In this document: piece after piece, positions 32,645-42,979 of the stretch
Numbering within the stretch: position 1 is the first letter of the stretch
How the letters are laid out: each line of letters begins with the position of its first letter
Source of the DNA: an uncultured Acidobacteriota bacterium
Lineage (GTDB): Bacteria; Acidobacteriota; Vicinamibacteria; Vicinamibacterales; Fen-181
DNA: 64,000 nucleotides
Assembly (NCBI GenBank): GCA_963701315.1
Contig: OY969603.1
Span: 35,135-99,134, forward strand
Reading direction: 5' to 3'
Notes under the pieces: generated by a model
The model's database searches: none
What the model saw: the letters and a program-made list of their open reading frames with translations, nothing else
Told to the model about the DNA's origin: nothing
Translations under genes and position numbers: made by a program

Positions 32645-33181
32645 GAAGCCTCCTTCTGGACCGACCAGCGGTCGGCCACGGTTGCCTGGTGGCGGCACCT
32701 CGTGACCGTTTTGAAGACGATGTCGGCCGCACCGGGCCTTCGCGCTCCCGCGACGCTCCCTCTGCGATAGTCCGCAGGGCGTCGACCATTCGACGTCGCT
32801 TCATGCGACGTTTCCGCGGATACCGCGCGAATCATACACCCTGCGCAGTGGGGTGGATGGGCAGCGCTGCGGCGGGCCGGGTGCCCGTGGCGGTCGTAGA
32901 AGCTGTAACCCTTGGGGTCGAGATCACGAGGACGTGCAGGCAACAACTGGGAGGAGCGGATCGGCCCTCGCAGTGCGGTGCGCCGAAGAACGGACCCTCC
33001 GGCGTTCTCTCAGGCGAGGCGGGCATCAGGCGCGGGCTCACCGCGAGGATCCCCGGCCGCCATCGTCACTACCTGCCCGCTACGGGAGACCGAGCGCGCG
33101 CTGCAGCCGGCGGTGGAGCCCACGAAGCGGCTCGTCATTCGTCCGCAGGAGACGCCTCGGCGGCCGCAAGCGCGCTGAGGC

Positions 33182-34825
33182 TCAGGCGGTCCGCAGGCGG
33201 CGTTCCACGAATGAGCGCGGTTCGAGGGGCCGGCCGCCCGGAAACCGGCGAGCCTCGCGGCGGGACGTCCACAACACCAGGGGGCCGGCGAGGCGCGCCA
33301 CGATCGATGCCGCCGCGCCGAGCTCGCGCTGGATCTCGAGGCGCAGATCGCGGATGCGGGCCGAGACCTCGCGGTTGGTGTCGGCCAGGTACTTCTCCAT
33401 CGCCCACAGCGCGGCGACGTACCCGCCGCGCAGCTGGCTGGCCTCCAGCTCGACCCGCGCCCGCACCCGCGCATCGCTGTCGCGTCGATACGCCTTCCAT
33501 CCTTGGAACATCGTCCGGATCATGCGGTAGAGGCTCGGCCCATTCCGGTCATAGTCGAGGCGGAAGGCCTCGTCGAGGAGCGACTTCGATTCGTCCCGGC
33601 CGATGGCCGGGTGAACGAAGTTGAACTTGTACTGGCCGTGGATATCGGCGAGATCGACGTCGAGCAGCCGGCCCTCCCGCTCGACCTCGCGGTACAGCGG
33701 AGTGCCGGGGACCGGGGTGTAGAGCATGAACTGGTGGCAGTCGGCGTCGTGGGCGACGGCGTCCTCGATCTCCGCGTGGATGTTCCCGGCCGTGTGGTGC
33801 TCGAGGCCGATGATGCTCGACCCGTGCACGCGGATGCCGTGGAGTTGAAGCTCGCGGACGAGCGCGAGGGTGTCGGTGCCGCCGAGCTTGGCGTACCCGC
33901 TGTTCCGCGATTCCAGCCCGAGCCAGATCCAGGTGACGCCGAGGTCCACCAGCTCCCGGATGTCGTACTTCGCGATCGCATTGGCGGAGGCGAAGACGAA
34001 CAGCGACCAGGCGTGCATGCCGCGCTTCATGCAGTCGATGAGCTCGAGGACGCGCTCTCGGTAGAGGAGGAAGTTCTCGTCCATGATGAAGAAGGTCCTC
34101 ACGCCGAGCGCCGCCTCAGCCTCGCGCATCACGCGGTAGATCTCCTCCCCGCGTGCCAGGAACGTGACGACGTGCCCCTTGCCTCCGAAGAAGGCGGAGG
34201 TCGTGCAGAAGTTGCAGCCGATCGGGCAGCCGACCGAGGGGATGATCGTCGCCGCCGGGTTCCCTGCGCCGTTGCTGGGCGGCAGTCCCATCACGCGGAA
34301 GTCGAACGACGACTTGAGCGGAGGGTGGCGCACCGGATCGTCCGGTGACACGCCGAGGTACTCGCGAAACCAGCGGATGCCTTCGCCTTTGACGATCTCG
34401 TCGGCGTCGATTCTCGAGGGCAGGTCGGGGATGGCGGCGACGTGGCCGCCGACCACGACGCGCGAGTGCGGCGAGTACTTCCGGACCAGGCGGCACATCT
34501 CACGCACCTTGCCGACGTTCACGATAATGCCCGAGATCCCGACTACGTCGTAGTAGGTCGACTGAAGTTCCGCGACAAACGACTCGCGGGTCGGAAAATC
34601 GAGCACCGTCGAAGCGGCCGGGATGTTGTTCTGGATGAGCGAGATGCCCCACGACCGGTGGAACATGCGAAGCGAGAACGGCCCCTGCTCGCGCGTCACC
34701 TGGTTGTGGTAGAGCTCGGCCGGGTTGATGGCACGGCTGCCGAACTCGTCATCGCACGCGAACGGACCGAACACAGAGGACAGCAGGACACGGGCCTCCG
34801 CGCCCTTCGGATGGCGTGACATCAA
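33182..34825 (-). CDS. B12-binding domain radical SAM protein
   Basis: VVVGGH, GEG, CPIGCNFC (Cx3Cx2C), MDENF, TPVPGTPLY. Confidence 0.92.
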   Translation of the reverse strand: MMSRHPKGAEARVLLSSVFGPFACDDEFGSRAINPAELYHNQVTREQGPFSLRMFHRSWGISLIQNNIPAASTVLDFPTRESFVAELQSTYYDVVGISGIIVNVGKVREMCRLVRKYSPHSRVVVGGHVAAIPDLPSRIDADEIVKGEGIRWFREYLGVSPDDPVRHPPLKSSFDFRVMGLPPSNGAGNPAATIIPSVGCPIGCNFCTTSAFFGGKGHVVTFLARGEEIYRVMREAEAALGVRTFFIMDENFLLYRERVLELIDCMKRGMHAWSLFVFASANAIAKYDIRELVDLGVTWIWLGLESRNSGYAKLGGTDTLALVRELQLHGIRVHGSSIIGLEHHTAGNIHAEIEDAVAHDADCHQFMLYTPVPGTPLYREVEREGRLLDVDLADIHGQYKFNFVHPAIGRDESKSLLDEAFRLDYDRNGPSLYRMIRTMFQGWKAYRRDSDARVRARVELEASQLRGGYVAALWAMEKYLADTNREVSARIRDLRLEIQRELGAAASIVARLAGPLVLWTSRREARRFPGGRPLEPRSFVERRLRTA

Positions 34826-35026
34826 GCGGAACCTCTGGGTGAAGCGGACGCCGTGGAGGCAGAGTACAACTGTCCCCGTCGAGCAAGCGTACTTGGCGCC
34901 GGGAGAGGAGGCTGTTCAATCCGAGACAGGCCGGCGAGGGGAGGCGCGAGCGCCCAGGGCACACGCCTCCATCCCTTGGTCGGGCCGGCGCCGGCGATGA
35001 ACCAGCCGGTCGGTGGGGCCGTCAGC

Positions 35027-35237
35027 CTACGCGGTCCTCACGTTCTCGGCCCTTGGCCCCTTGGGACCGGTCCCGCAGTCGAAGGTCACCGCGGCGCCTT
35101 CGCGGAGCTCGTCGAAGGGCGTGTCGGCGCAGGCCGACTGGTGGAAGAAGGTACTCGTTTCCGTCGTCCGCCGCGATGAACCCGAACCCTTTCGCGCTCA
35201 CCATCCGCTTGATTGTTCCCCTCATCGTCGTTGCCAT
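35027..35237 (-). CDS. csp: Cold-shock protein (one extra base at 35150-35151)
   Basis: KGFGFI (RNP1). Removing one base gives EYFFHQSA...GPKGPRAENVRTA*, 69 aa. Confidence 0.9.
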
Positions 35238-35319
35238 GTCCTGTCTCCTGTCGTTTGTCGATTGAACCGACTCCGTCGTGGTTGTGAATAGAACGAACGC
35301 GCCACTGCCGCCTCTCAGC

Positions 35320-35637
35320 TCACACGGCGAGCCTCGCTGCGTGCCTGGTGACCAAGCGCGGATCGAGCTCCGCCACGCGGCACCAGTGGAAGAGCATCGG
35401 AGAACCAGCCAGGAAGAGGCGCGCGCTTTCGCGGTCCGTTGGCGAGCCGGCAGCGTTCGACAAATCCCGGAGCGCGCGGGCCAGCACGTGCATGGCCAGA
35501 TGACGGTAGGGCCTGAACGCGTCGTCGTAGTCCTCCCGGTCCCTGCCGACGATGATCGAGTCCATCCTCCGCTCCAACGCGGCGCGCCCGCCGCCCCCGT
35601 TCTTGCTACCCGCCGCCCGCTCCTTCCGAGGAGGCAT
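35320..35637 (-). CDS. Small hypothetical protein
   Basis: YRHLAMHVLARALRD...SARLFL...WCRVAELDP looks coding and is co-oriented in the cluster; start uncertain. Confidence 0.55.
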   Translation of the reverse strand: MPPRKERAAGSKNGGGGRAALERRMDSIIVGRDREDYDDAFRPYRHLAMHVLARALRDLSNAAGSPTDRESARLFLAGSPMLFHWCRVAELDPRLVTRHAARLAV

Positions 35638-35863
35638 CCGGGCTGGCGCGGGTTCGTGCAGCCTTCCCAGGCGAGAGCTCCGCGAGGCGCTTCACCGCCT
35701 TCTCCCTCAGCGCCGCAGCGTCACGGGCAATCGAGGCCTCGCCCGCCCGCTCGACGCGAGGCACGCGCCGGTCGAGCGCGGCGATCAGTTCCTGGAGTTC
35801 ACGTGCGAGATCAGCGGGGTTCACCGTCACACGGCGCCTCCATCTGGACGCGACAGACTGCAC
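35606..35863 (-). CDS. Small hypothetical protein
   Basis: ELQELIAALDRRVPRVERAGEASIARDAAALR helical segment; start uncertain. Confidence 0.5.
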   Translation of the reverse strand: MQSVASRWRRRVTVNPADLARELQELIAALDRRVPRVERAGEASIARDAAALREKAVKRLAELSPGKAARTRASPDASSEGAGGG

Positions 35864-35869
35864 GACCGG

Positions 35870-36523
35870 CTAGTCGTGGAGCACGAGGCTGAGCAGCGAA
35901 CTGTGGATCGTGAGGCCGCTCCGGTTCGCAAGGTAGCCGAGCTTCTTGAAACGGTTGATGAAGAAGTTGACGCGCGAACGGGTGGTCCCCACCATGTCCG
36001 CCAGCGTCTGCTGGGAGATCTTCGAGACGATACGCTGCTTCCGGTCTTCCTCGCCGAAGCGCGCGAGCAGCAACAACGTGCGGGCCAGCCGCTTCTCCGC
36101 CGAGTTGAACAGGAGATCGATCAAATCCGCCTCGATGCGGACGTTCCTCGTCAACAGGTGCGCGATGAAGCGGTCCGACAATCCCGGCTGCTCGTGCAGG
36201 AGCTTCGTCATCGCCGCGCGTTGGATCACGAGGACCATGCTGGCGGCACTCGCCTTGGCGCTTCCGGTCCGGACTCGCTGGCCGGCTAGGGTCCCCTCGC
36301 CGAAGAAGGTCGCCGGGGGCAGCACGGCGACAATCGCCTCCCGACCGCGCCGGGATAGGACCGACAGCCTCACCTCCCCGGCCTGGAGGTACATGACCGT
36401 GTTGCAGGATTCGCCCTGCGAGTACACGGTCTCTCCTTCGCGGTATCGCACCATCTTCCGGTCGAGACCGGAGGAGTCGAGGAACCGCCTGGTGTCGAAC
36501 GGCTTTCGGCCGGTTACGCGCAT
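35870..36523 (-). CDS. Crp/Fnr family transcriptional regulator
   Basis: FFGEG, NSAEKRLARTLLLL, ISQQTLADMVGTTRSRVN HTH. Confidence 0.93.
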   Translation of the reverse strand: MRVTGRKPFDTRRFLDSSGLDRKMVRYREGETVYSQGESCNTVMYLQAGEVRLSVLSRRGREAIVAVLPPATFFGEGTLAGQRVRTGSAKASAASMVLVIQRAAMTKLLHEQPGLSDRFIAHLLTRNVRIEADLIDLLFNSAEKRLARTLLLLARFGEEDRKQRIVSKISQQTLADMVGTTRSRVNFFINRFKKLGYLANRSGLTIHSSLLSLVLHD

Positions 36524-36590
36524 CTGAGGATGGCTCCCCGCGGCCGGCCCGGCGTGTCTGTTCAGAACGGGACACTCCGTCCGCCCTTGC

Positions 36591-36776
36591 TCACTCCGCC
36601 GGAGGCTGAGGCCCGAGGCGGATGCCCGCGATGTCGGGATCTTCCGCACCCGGCTCGCGCGGTGTGGCGGCCGGACGCGACGCGGCCTCGGCCCGGCGCG
36701 CGGCCTTCTTCTGCCGGTTCTCGCGCTTCGCCTTCTCGCGTTCCCGCTTGAGGAACGAGGGTCTTCCCTGGCTCAT
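36591..36776 (-). CDS. Small basic hypothetical protein
   Basis: SFLKREREKAKRENRQKKAARR...EDPDIAGI; RBS GGAGG; directly follows the RRM gene. Confidence 0.7.
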   Translation of the reverse strand: MSQGRPSFLKREREKAKRENRQKKAARRAEAASRPAATPREPGAEDPDIAGIRLGPQPPAE

Positions 36777-36833
36777 GTCCCTCCTGACCGGCGGGGCGGG
36801 GACAGGTTGCGCCGGCCCCGCCCACGTCGAGGA

Positions 36834-37151
36834 CTACCAGCGCGGTTCGGACCGGCGCCGGCTGCCGCCATAACCGCCCGCCCCGTATCCCCCGGATCGT
36901 TCCGGCTTCGGACGGGCCTCGTTAACGGCGAGGTTGCGGCCGTTGAATGGCTGCGCGTTGAACTGACTGATGGCCTTCTGCGCGTCGTCATCCGTGGCCA
37001 TCTCGACGAACGCGAAGCCGCGTGCGCGACCGGTCGCCATGTCACGCATGACGTTCACGGTTTCGACCGTGCCGGCCGTCGCAAACAACTGCTGGAGGTC
37101 GGCCTCGCCGACGTCGTACGGAAGGTTGCCGACGTAGAGTTTCCTGCCCAT
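36834..37151 (-). CDS. RRM (RNP-1) RNA-binding protein with Gly-rich tail
   Basis: KLYVGNL (RNP2), RGFAFVEM (RNP1), VNEARP. Confidence 0.95.
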   Translation of the reverse strand: MGRKLYVGNLPYDVGEADLQQLFATAGTVETVNVMRDMATGRARGFAFVEMATDDDAQKAISQFNAQPFNGRNLAVNEARPKPERSGGYGAGGYGGSRRRSEPRW

Positions 37152-37862
37152 GGGTTCATTCTCCTTCCCGCGTGTGACGGGAGGTGGTGATGGCGGACCG
37201 TCAACGTCCGTTCATCGTTCAACGAATCGACCGGATCCGGATGCGGATCGCGAGCGGGATGGAGAAGGGCCCTTCCTGAAGGTGCCGTGTGCGGTGAAAC
37301 GAGTTGGTGCGGCTCGATTCGGGCAGAGGCAGCAGTACGGAAATGCAGTTGTCCACCTGACCCAACAAGTGTACCACGTTGAGGCTCGCATTGATACAGC
37401 AATCGAGCCGATCCCTCAGTGCTGTCGCACAGGCGATGCCGCGGCGCGATGGTCCCTCGGTGCGGTTGTTCAGCGTGTGCAAGAGTGCGCTGACGCGGCG
37501 CCGGCAACATCGATGCGATTGCGAGGTTCCCCCCCGGGAACAGGCCGGCCGTCCGTCGGCGCGAGCCTCCAGCCGAGGGGGAGGAGACCCCGCACGTCGA
37601 ATTACACCGTGACTCCGTCGGCCCTTCCGGCATGGCGCATCGCCAAGCGCTGGGGGCGCGCACGTGACAACGTTGCAGCGTGGCGCACACGCCGCCGTCG
37701 AAGCCAAGCGGCTGTTCCTGGACGCGGTGTCGATGCTCGAACAGCTCGACGGTGAGGGCGAGGTGCACGCGGCCGAGATACCGCGGCCCGAACCCGAACT
37801 GGTGCGCGAACGGAGCCATGGTCGAACCCCTGACAGCTGAGGCTGGTCGGCGGACGGACGCC

Positions 37863-39389
37863 TCACGCGGCCGGGACCTCGAGGTCGGGCATCGGCCTGG
37901 CAGCGAAGAGATGTCGGCAGGGACGCGCGATCACCCGCGCCCACCGGGCGGCCCGGTTGATGCGGGCGCTGTCGGTGGCGATGCCGGTGTTCGCGTACAT
38001 CTGCCGGTACAGCTTCGAGATGAGCACGAACGCCAGGCGGGACCGGAGCGACTCGACGCAGCGCGACCGTTTCCAGATGTCGCCGATCGAGTAGAACCGA
38101 TCCCATACGCTCTGCGTGCGCTCTCGGATTTCGTCGCTGCTCATCGTTGGATGCGGCGTGTACAGCTTCGGCCGGTCCGCCTCGGGGATCAGCCAGTGCC
38201 GGGTGATCGGGACGCCACTCACGTCCGTCTCGTGGCCCTTGATCGAGGCTTCCCACCGCGCGAAGTCGACCGTGCCAGGGAACGGGGTCAGGGTGACGAA
38301 CTGCGCGAAGGTGAGGTTGGCGCGCGTCGCCAGTTCCAGCGTCGCCTCGAACGTCTCGGGCCGGTCGCTCGAGAGCCCGAAGATGAACGACCCGAGCACG
38401 TGGAGCCCGTGGGCGCGGAAGGCCCGGAGGCGCTCGGCCAGGGCATCTCCAGCCAGGTTGAAGTCCTTGTAGATCGACTTGAGGCCCTCGGGCGTCACCG
38501 ACTCGACGCCCACGAGCGCGCCCGCGATCCGCGCGCGGTGCATCGCATCGAGGAACGCCGGATCCTCCGCGGCCTCCATCGTGATCTGCGTGAAGAAGAC
38601 GAGATCGTCGGGCAGGCGCGCGAGCCGTTCCATGAGCTCGAAGCGCTCGTCCCGGATTCCCTTCAACTGTAAGAGGTGCGCTGGGTCGCGGCGACGCGCC
38701 GCCGCCGCGAGATCGGCGAGCGTGACTGGGTAGAAGTTGTCGTCGGCCAGCGCGATGAACCGGAATCCCATGCGGCGCAGCTCGACGACCTCGCGCACGA
38801 CGCTCTCCACGGGACTCGTGCGCGGTTCCTGGCCGTCGGTCCGCCAGACCGAGCAGAAGGAGCAGTGCTTGGGGCACCCGCGCACGGTCTGCACCGAGGC
38901 CCACATGTACCGATCACGAGGCAGCAGGTCCCACCGCGCCCTGGTGAAGCCTGCACCCGCGACCTTCCCGCCCTCGTACAGCGGCGCGGGCGTGCCAAGA
39001 CCACAGTCGGCCAGCACCCGGGGCCACGCCCCCTCCCCATCGCCCCTGACCACCGAGTGCGCACCCCCCAGCTCGTGCGCCTCCTGTGGATACAGGCTCG
39101 CGTGAATCCCGCCGAACACGACGTAGGCGCCTCGGGCCCTGGCGGCCCGCCCGACCTCGTAGCCGCGGCGCGCGTTGGCCGTGTGAATGCCGATGCCGAC
39201 GACATCGCCACGGCGAAACATCGAAGGGTCCGACTGCTCGATGGTTTCGTCAACCAGGCGGGGGTCGCCGAAGGCCGAGGGCGTCGCGCCGGCAAGCACG
39301 TACAGCCAGCGCGGTGTGATGACCGCGGTTCCGAAGGCCGTCGTGCTTGGGTTGATCAGGTGAATCGTCCTCTCCAGGATGCCTCCCAT
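37863..39389 (-). CDS. B12-binding domain radical SAM protein
   Basis: VVFGGIHAS, GCPKHCSFC, ADDNF, GSFIFG, TPFPGT. Confidence 0.92.
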   Translation of the reverse strand: MGGILERTIHLINPSTTAFGTAVITPRWLYVLAGATPSAFGDPRLVDETIEQSDPSMFRRGDVVGIGIHTANARRGYEVGRAARARGAYVVFGGIHASLYPQEAHELGGAHSVVRGDGEGAWPRVLADCGLGTPAPLYEGGKVAGAGFTRARWDLLPRDRYMWASVQTVRGCPKHCSFCSVWRTDGQEPRTSPVESVVREVVELRRMGFRFIALADDNFYPVTLADLAAAARRRDPAHLLQLKGIRDERFELMERLARLPDDLVFFTQITMEAAEDPAFLDAMHRARIAGALVGVESVTPEGLKSIYKDFNLAGDALAERLRAFRAHGLHVLGSFIFGLSSDRPETFEATLELATRANLTFAQFVTLTPFPGTVDFARWEASIKGHETDVSGVPITRHWLIPEADRPKLYTPHPTMSSDEIRERTQSVWDRFYSIGDIWKRSRCVESLRSRLAFVLISKLYRQMYANTGIATDSARINRAARWARVIARPCRHLFAARPMPDLEVPAA

Positions 39390-39846
39390 CACCGATGCCG
39401 AACGGATATGGGGATAATCCATCACCCCCCGGCCTCCAGGCCGGCCGAGTGGGCCGAGCATCGATTGCCGCTGTAGCGTACCCGCTGCCGTGAACGCCAG
39501 ACTGTTCACTCTTGCACACCGGCGCTTCGGCCCGTCCGTTCGAGACACGTCACAGCTGGACGGTGATCGAGACGTTGTCGGATCAAGGCCAGGGATCAGG
39601 TTGGGAGCCAATGTGCGCTCGACGAACGTCGAGAATCAGGCAGTTTCACGCGCTCGCCCACAAAAGAACTCGCCCCGGCCTTGGCGTAAGCCGATCACCC
39701 TGTTCGCCTTTGCCCACGCTCTGAAGCCACTCGCCGACCTGTAGCAGATAGAGGCTGCTGCCCTCCGGCTGTCCGAGCCAGGGAGTATCCGGGACACCGG
39801 GACGTGCCTCAGGCGCAGTGATGCGCGCCTCAAGGACACGCCTTGT

Positions 39847-40032
39847 TCATGGACGCCTGAGGAATCTCGAGTAGAAAGCTGCGAACAGCAAGACAATGCC
39901 GATATTCACTGTCAGCCGTTCCCAGAATCGGTTTCTGAAGAACGCGAGATCTACACCGACTATGAGGGCTGCCATCGCCAGGGCGTAAAGCCCGATAGCT
40001 AGCAGTCTGCCCATTTCAGCGGGAATCGCCAT
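39847..40032 (-). CDS. Small membrane protein
   Basis: Two TM segments joined by FFRNRFWERL. Confidence 0.6.
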   Translation of the reverse strand: MAIPAEMGRLLAIGLYALAMAALIVGVDLAFFRNRFWERLTVNIGIVLLFAAFYSRFLRRP

Positions 40033-40474
40033 TTTGAGTTCTCCATCACGTCATCTGCCGTCCCAGCCGATTCCACCGGGACCCGATTCCTGTCCGGAAC
40101 TTCCCGCACGGGCTCCCGATGGCCCGTCTCAGAGCGCATTTGCCAGTGACGACGACTGGTGTCGCGCCAGACTCGTTCAGCCGTTGCAGGGTGCGGCGAA
40201 GCTCCGCTGCGCCCCAAAGCCGAACTCTGACGTGTCCGCTGGGCGCCTGGCGGAGTGTCTCGCGATGGTAGTTGCTCATCGAGACGAGTTCGGACACGGG
40301 GAGGTCGCACAGGGGAACGCGTGGCGGAAAGCGCGAACCAAGATTTTCCCGACGCTTCGTCGATGCCGGCTGGTTGAGGCTCAGATGAACCTCATTCACG
40401 CGGGATGAAGATTCGACCCCCTCTTCAGACGCTGCGGGGGGTTCAGGCTCTGACACAGAGAAGCTCGCCCGGCC

Positions 40475-41155
40475 CTACCACACGCCCGGAAGCAGCCGGT
40501 AGCGTGTCCGGGTGCAGTACTCCTGGTAGCCCGGCAACTCGCGCCACAGGGCGCCGTCTTCCAGCACGGTACGGACAAGGAAGGTGGCCATCAGCATCGT
40601 GATCGGCGCAAAACTCCATGCCGAGCCAAGAATCAACGGCCACCCCGGCAGTATCACCAGTAGGCCGGCATACATGGGGTGCCGCACCACTCGATACGGT
40701 CCTGTGGTGATGACGTGCTGGCCAACCTCGCCCGCAATGCGGACGTGCCGTTCGAGGAAGCGATTCTCGACGATTGCCAGGTAAATGGGTACGAATCCCA
40801 GCAACTCCAGCGTGAGGCCAGGCCATATCCAGGCCGGACTGAGTTGCGACCAGCCGTAGCGGGCGTCGAGGCCGGCCACCGCGTAGAAGCCAAGGAAGCC
40901 CATAACCGCCGCGGCGAGCACGAATCTCTCGAATCGCTTGACGCCCGGTTGCGGCTCCAGCCGCCGGCGCACCAGTTCCGGGTTCTTGCGCCGCATGACG
41001 GCGAAGCTCACCCCGGCGATCAGCAGCATTGAGCCGACGTAGAGCCAGCCGCGCCACCATTCCAGGCGGCCCGCGAAAGCAAATGGTAGCAGGAAAAGAA
41101 GCCCGCGGATGATGGCCCGGAGCGCCAGCTTCCAACTTGGGGTCTGTGCCGACAT
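40475..41155 (-). CDS. Isoprenylcysteine carboxylmethyltransferase family protein
   Basis: VITTGPYRVVRHPMY, RTVLED..L..ELPGY.EY...RYRLLPGVW. Confidence 0.88.
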   Translation of the reverse strand: MSAQTPSWKLALRAIIRGLLFLLPFAFAGRLEWWRGWLYVGSMLLIAGVSFAVMRRKNPELVRRRLEPQPGVKRFERFVLAAAVMGFLGFYAVAGLDARYGWSQLSPAWIWPGLTLELLGFVPIYLAIVENRFLERHVRIAGEVGQHVITTGPYRVVRHPMYAGLLVILPGWPLILGSAWSFAPITMLMATFLVRTVLEDGALWRELPGYQEYCTRTRYRLLPGVW

Positions 41156-41159
41156 TGAA

Positions 41160-42811
41160 CTAGGATTTCCGTTGTGGCCGTTCCGGATCGACGCCTTTAT
41201 ACACCCGCCGCCATCCGCGTGGGCTGAATATCTTCTTGGCCGACTTGTAGGGTGCCAGAACCGTACAGCGCAGCCCACATCGCGGCCAAACGTGCTGGAA
41301 GCAGCCTGATCCTGGCGCATTGCTCGGACACCTCTCCCGTCTTGCTCCCTCTCGTCGCCCCCCGACAGTCTCCGGCGGCCTCGTCCGTCAGCCGGTCGGG
41401 ACCGGGAGCGCCCAGAGCCGCCGGAGCATCGACCCGAACAGGCGTCGAGTCAGGTGGCTCTCCGCCAGGAAGAGCCAGTAGTACCGCGCGTGCCGTACCA
41501 GGCGTCCACCCGTCTTGACGAGGCGCTGCTGGAGACTGGTCAGCGACCAGCGCTCGATCTGGCGGGGCAGGACGAGCCGCCGCCAGAGGTTCCCGAGGTT
41601 GTAGGCCAGCACGCTCAGTTGCAAGCGGACCTCATTCGCCCGGAACCGGTGACACGACAACCGCGTCCAATGCGCCGCCTGCTTGCCTTCCTTGATCCAT
41701 TGCTCGGCCGTGCCACGCTTGTTGCAAAACCGCACGACGGCGCGATTGGGGAGCGGGAGATTCGTCACGATGAAGCCGACGCGCGGGAACAGCTCGCCGA
41801 CGTGGTGCTCGACTTTCGCCACGACCCGTCGGGGCGTGGTCCAGCTGTCCGCCTGATACTGGAAGCTCTTGTAGCGGACGAGCGGCTTGAGACTGGGCCG
41901 TCCCGGCGACCGAAACAGGAGGTCCTCAATCGCCAGCTCCAGGTTCTTGTTGGCCGGGATGCGGATGGCGTAGCCCACGCCACGTGCCTCCAGCGCCTCG
42001 TAGATCTCGGGCCGCGCAAAGGCCGCGTCCGCCCGAAACGCGACGCGCTGGCCCTCGGTCTGCTGGCGCTCGATTTCCGGGAGGAGCAATTCCTCCCAGT
42101 CGTCGGCGCTGGCGATGTTCCCCGGCCGTAGCTTCGCCGCCAGGCAGTCGCCGCGATCGTTGAACAGAAACAGCGGGTGGTAGCACACCGACTCGAAGTG
42201 CCCGTTGTAAGCCCCGCCTTCTTGCTGCCCATGCACCGGGCTCTCGCTGGAATCCATGTCGAGCACGACGCGGTCGGTGCGATCCATGATTTCGGCCTGT
42301 CCGATCAGGTCGCGGTTCACGGCCATTAACCCGACGAGGTTCTCCTCGCGCGTTAGCAGCTCGGTCTCGAACCAATGCAGCGTGGAGGTCAGAGCCGCAC
42401 TCCGGTCCCATCGTTTGGGTGATCCGATCAAACGAAACGTCGGATCCGTCGAGAGCCGCTGGGCGTCGTTGAGGTCTTCGTAGCCCGCCAAGCGGCTGTA
42501 CACCGATTGCCGCAGGAGATCGGGCAACCGGAACTGCGTGTTCAATCCGTGGCGGGAGTCGCTCAGGTGCGCCGCAATGATCGCTTCCAGCCCGAGGCGT
42601 TCATCCAACTCGCGGACCAGGATCAGGCCGGCATCCGAGGTGACGCGCGACCCCTGAAAGGCGACCTTCAGAAAGCCGTTGAAGGTGAACTGAAAGGGCT
42701 CGGATTCTCTTTCACCCACTGGGTGTCACCCTCCGTGGCGGGGCTGATCGCGCCAGCGGCTCGACGCCTGTTCTGCGGGGAAGAGTACCACGACCAAATC
42801 GGAAATCCGGG
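41160..42811 (-). mobile_element. IS1380 family insertion sequence
   Basis: Imperfect terminal IRs CTAGGATTTCCG (41160) and CGGAAATCCGGG (to 42811), about 1.65 kb, enclosing the transposase; no clear target duplication. Confidence 0.8.
41388..42719 (-). CDS. IS1380 family DDE transposase
   Basis: TSDAGL, GYEDLND, LDMDSS, RADAAF, RGTAEQWIKEGK. Confidence 0.95.
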   Translation of the reverse strand: MGERESEPFQFTFNGFLKVAFQGSRVTSDAGLILVRELDERLGLEAIIAAHLSDSRHGLNTQFRLPDLLRQSVYSRLAGYEDLNDAQRLSTDPTFRLIGSPKRWDRSAALTSTLHWFETELLTREENLVGLMAVNRDLIGQAEIMDRTDRVVLDMDSSESPVHGQQEGGAYNGHFESVCYHPLFLFNDRGDCLAAKLRPGNIASADDWEELLLPEIERQQTEGQRVAFRADAAFARPEIYEALEARGVGYAIRIPANKNLELAIEDLLFRSPGRPSLKPLVRYKSFQYQADSWTTPRRVVAKVEHHVGELFPRVGFIVTNLPLPNRAVVRFCNKRGTAEQWIKEGKQAAHWTRLSCHRFRANEVRLQLSVLAYNLGNLWRRLVLPRQIERWSLTSLQQRLVKTGGRLVRHARYYWLFLAESHLTRRLFGSMLRRLWALPVPTG

Positions 42812-42919
42812 CTCAGAGCACATTGCACCCAAAGTCCTTCCTTCTTCAAGCGAGTGCGCTGACACTACTCCATCCCCCTCATCGGTCTTGGTTCTCTTTG
42901 GGTGCCGCCATGACGTTCG

Positions 42920-42979
42920 CTACCCGCCCGGCACCGGTAGCGCCTCGACTCAACGAAGCATGCTCGCGAACAGCCGACC
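42920..42979 (-). pseudogene. 3' remnant of a second IS1380 transposase
   Basis: Translates RLFASMLR*VEALPVPGG*, matching the end of the intact copy (RLFGSMLRRLWALPVPTG*). Confidence 0.6.

Noticed and set aside
1938-35237. Split genes read as pseudogenes or programmed frameshifts
   Set aside because: All are +1 doublings in two fixed contexts, with no slippery heptamers and no other decay, so they are most likely sequencing artefacts.
42950-42952. Second in-frame TGA as possible selenocysteine
   Set aside because: It lies in a transposase remnant at a non-Cys position, with no redox motif.
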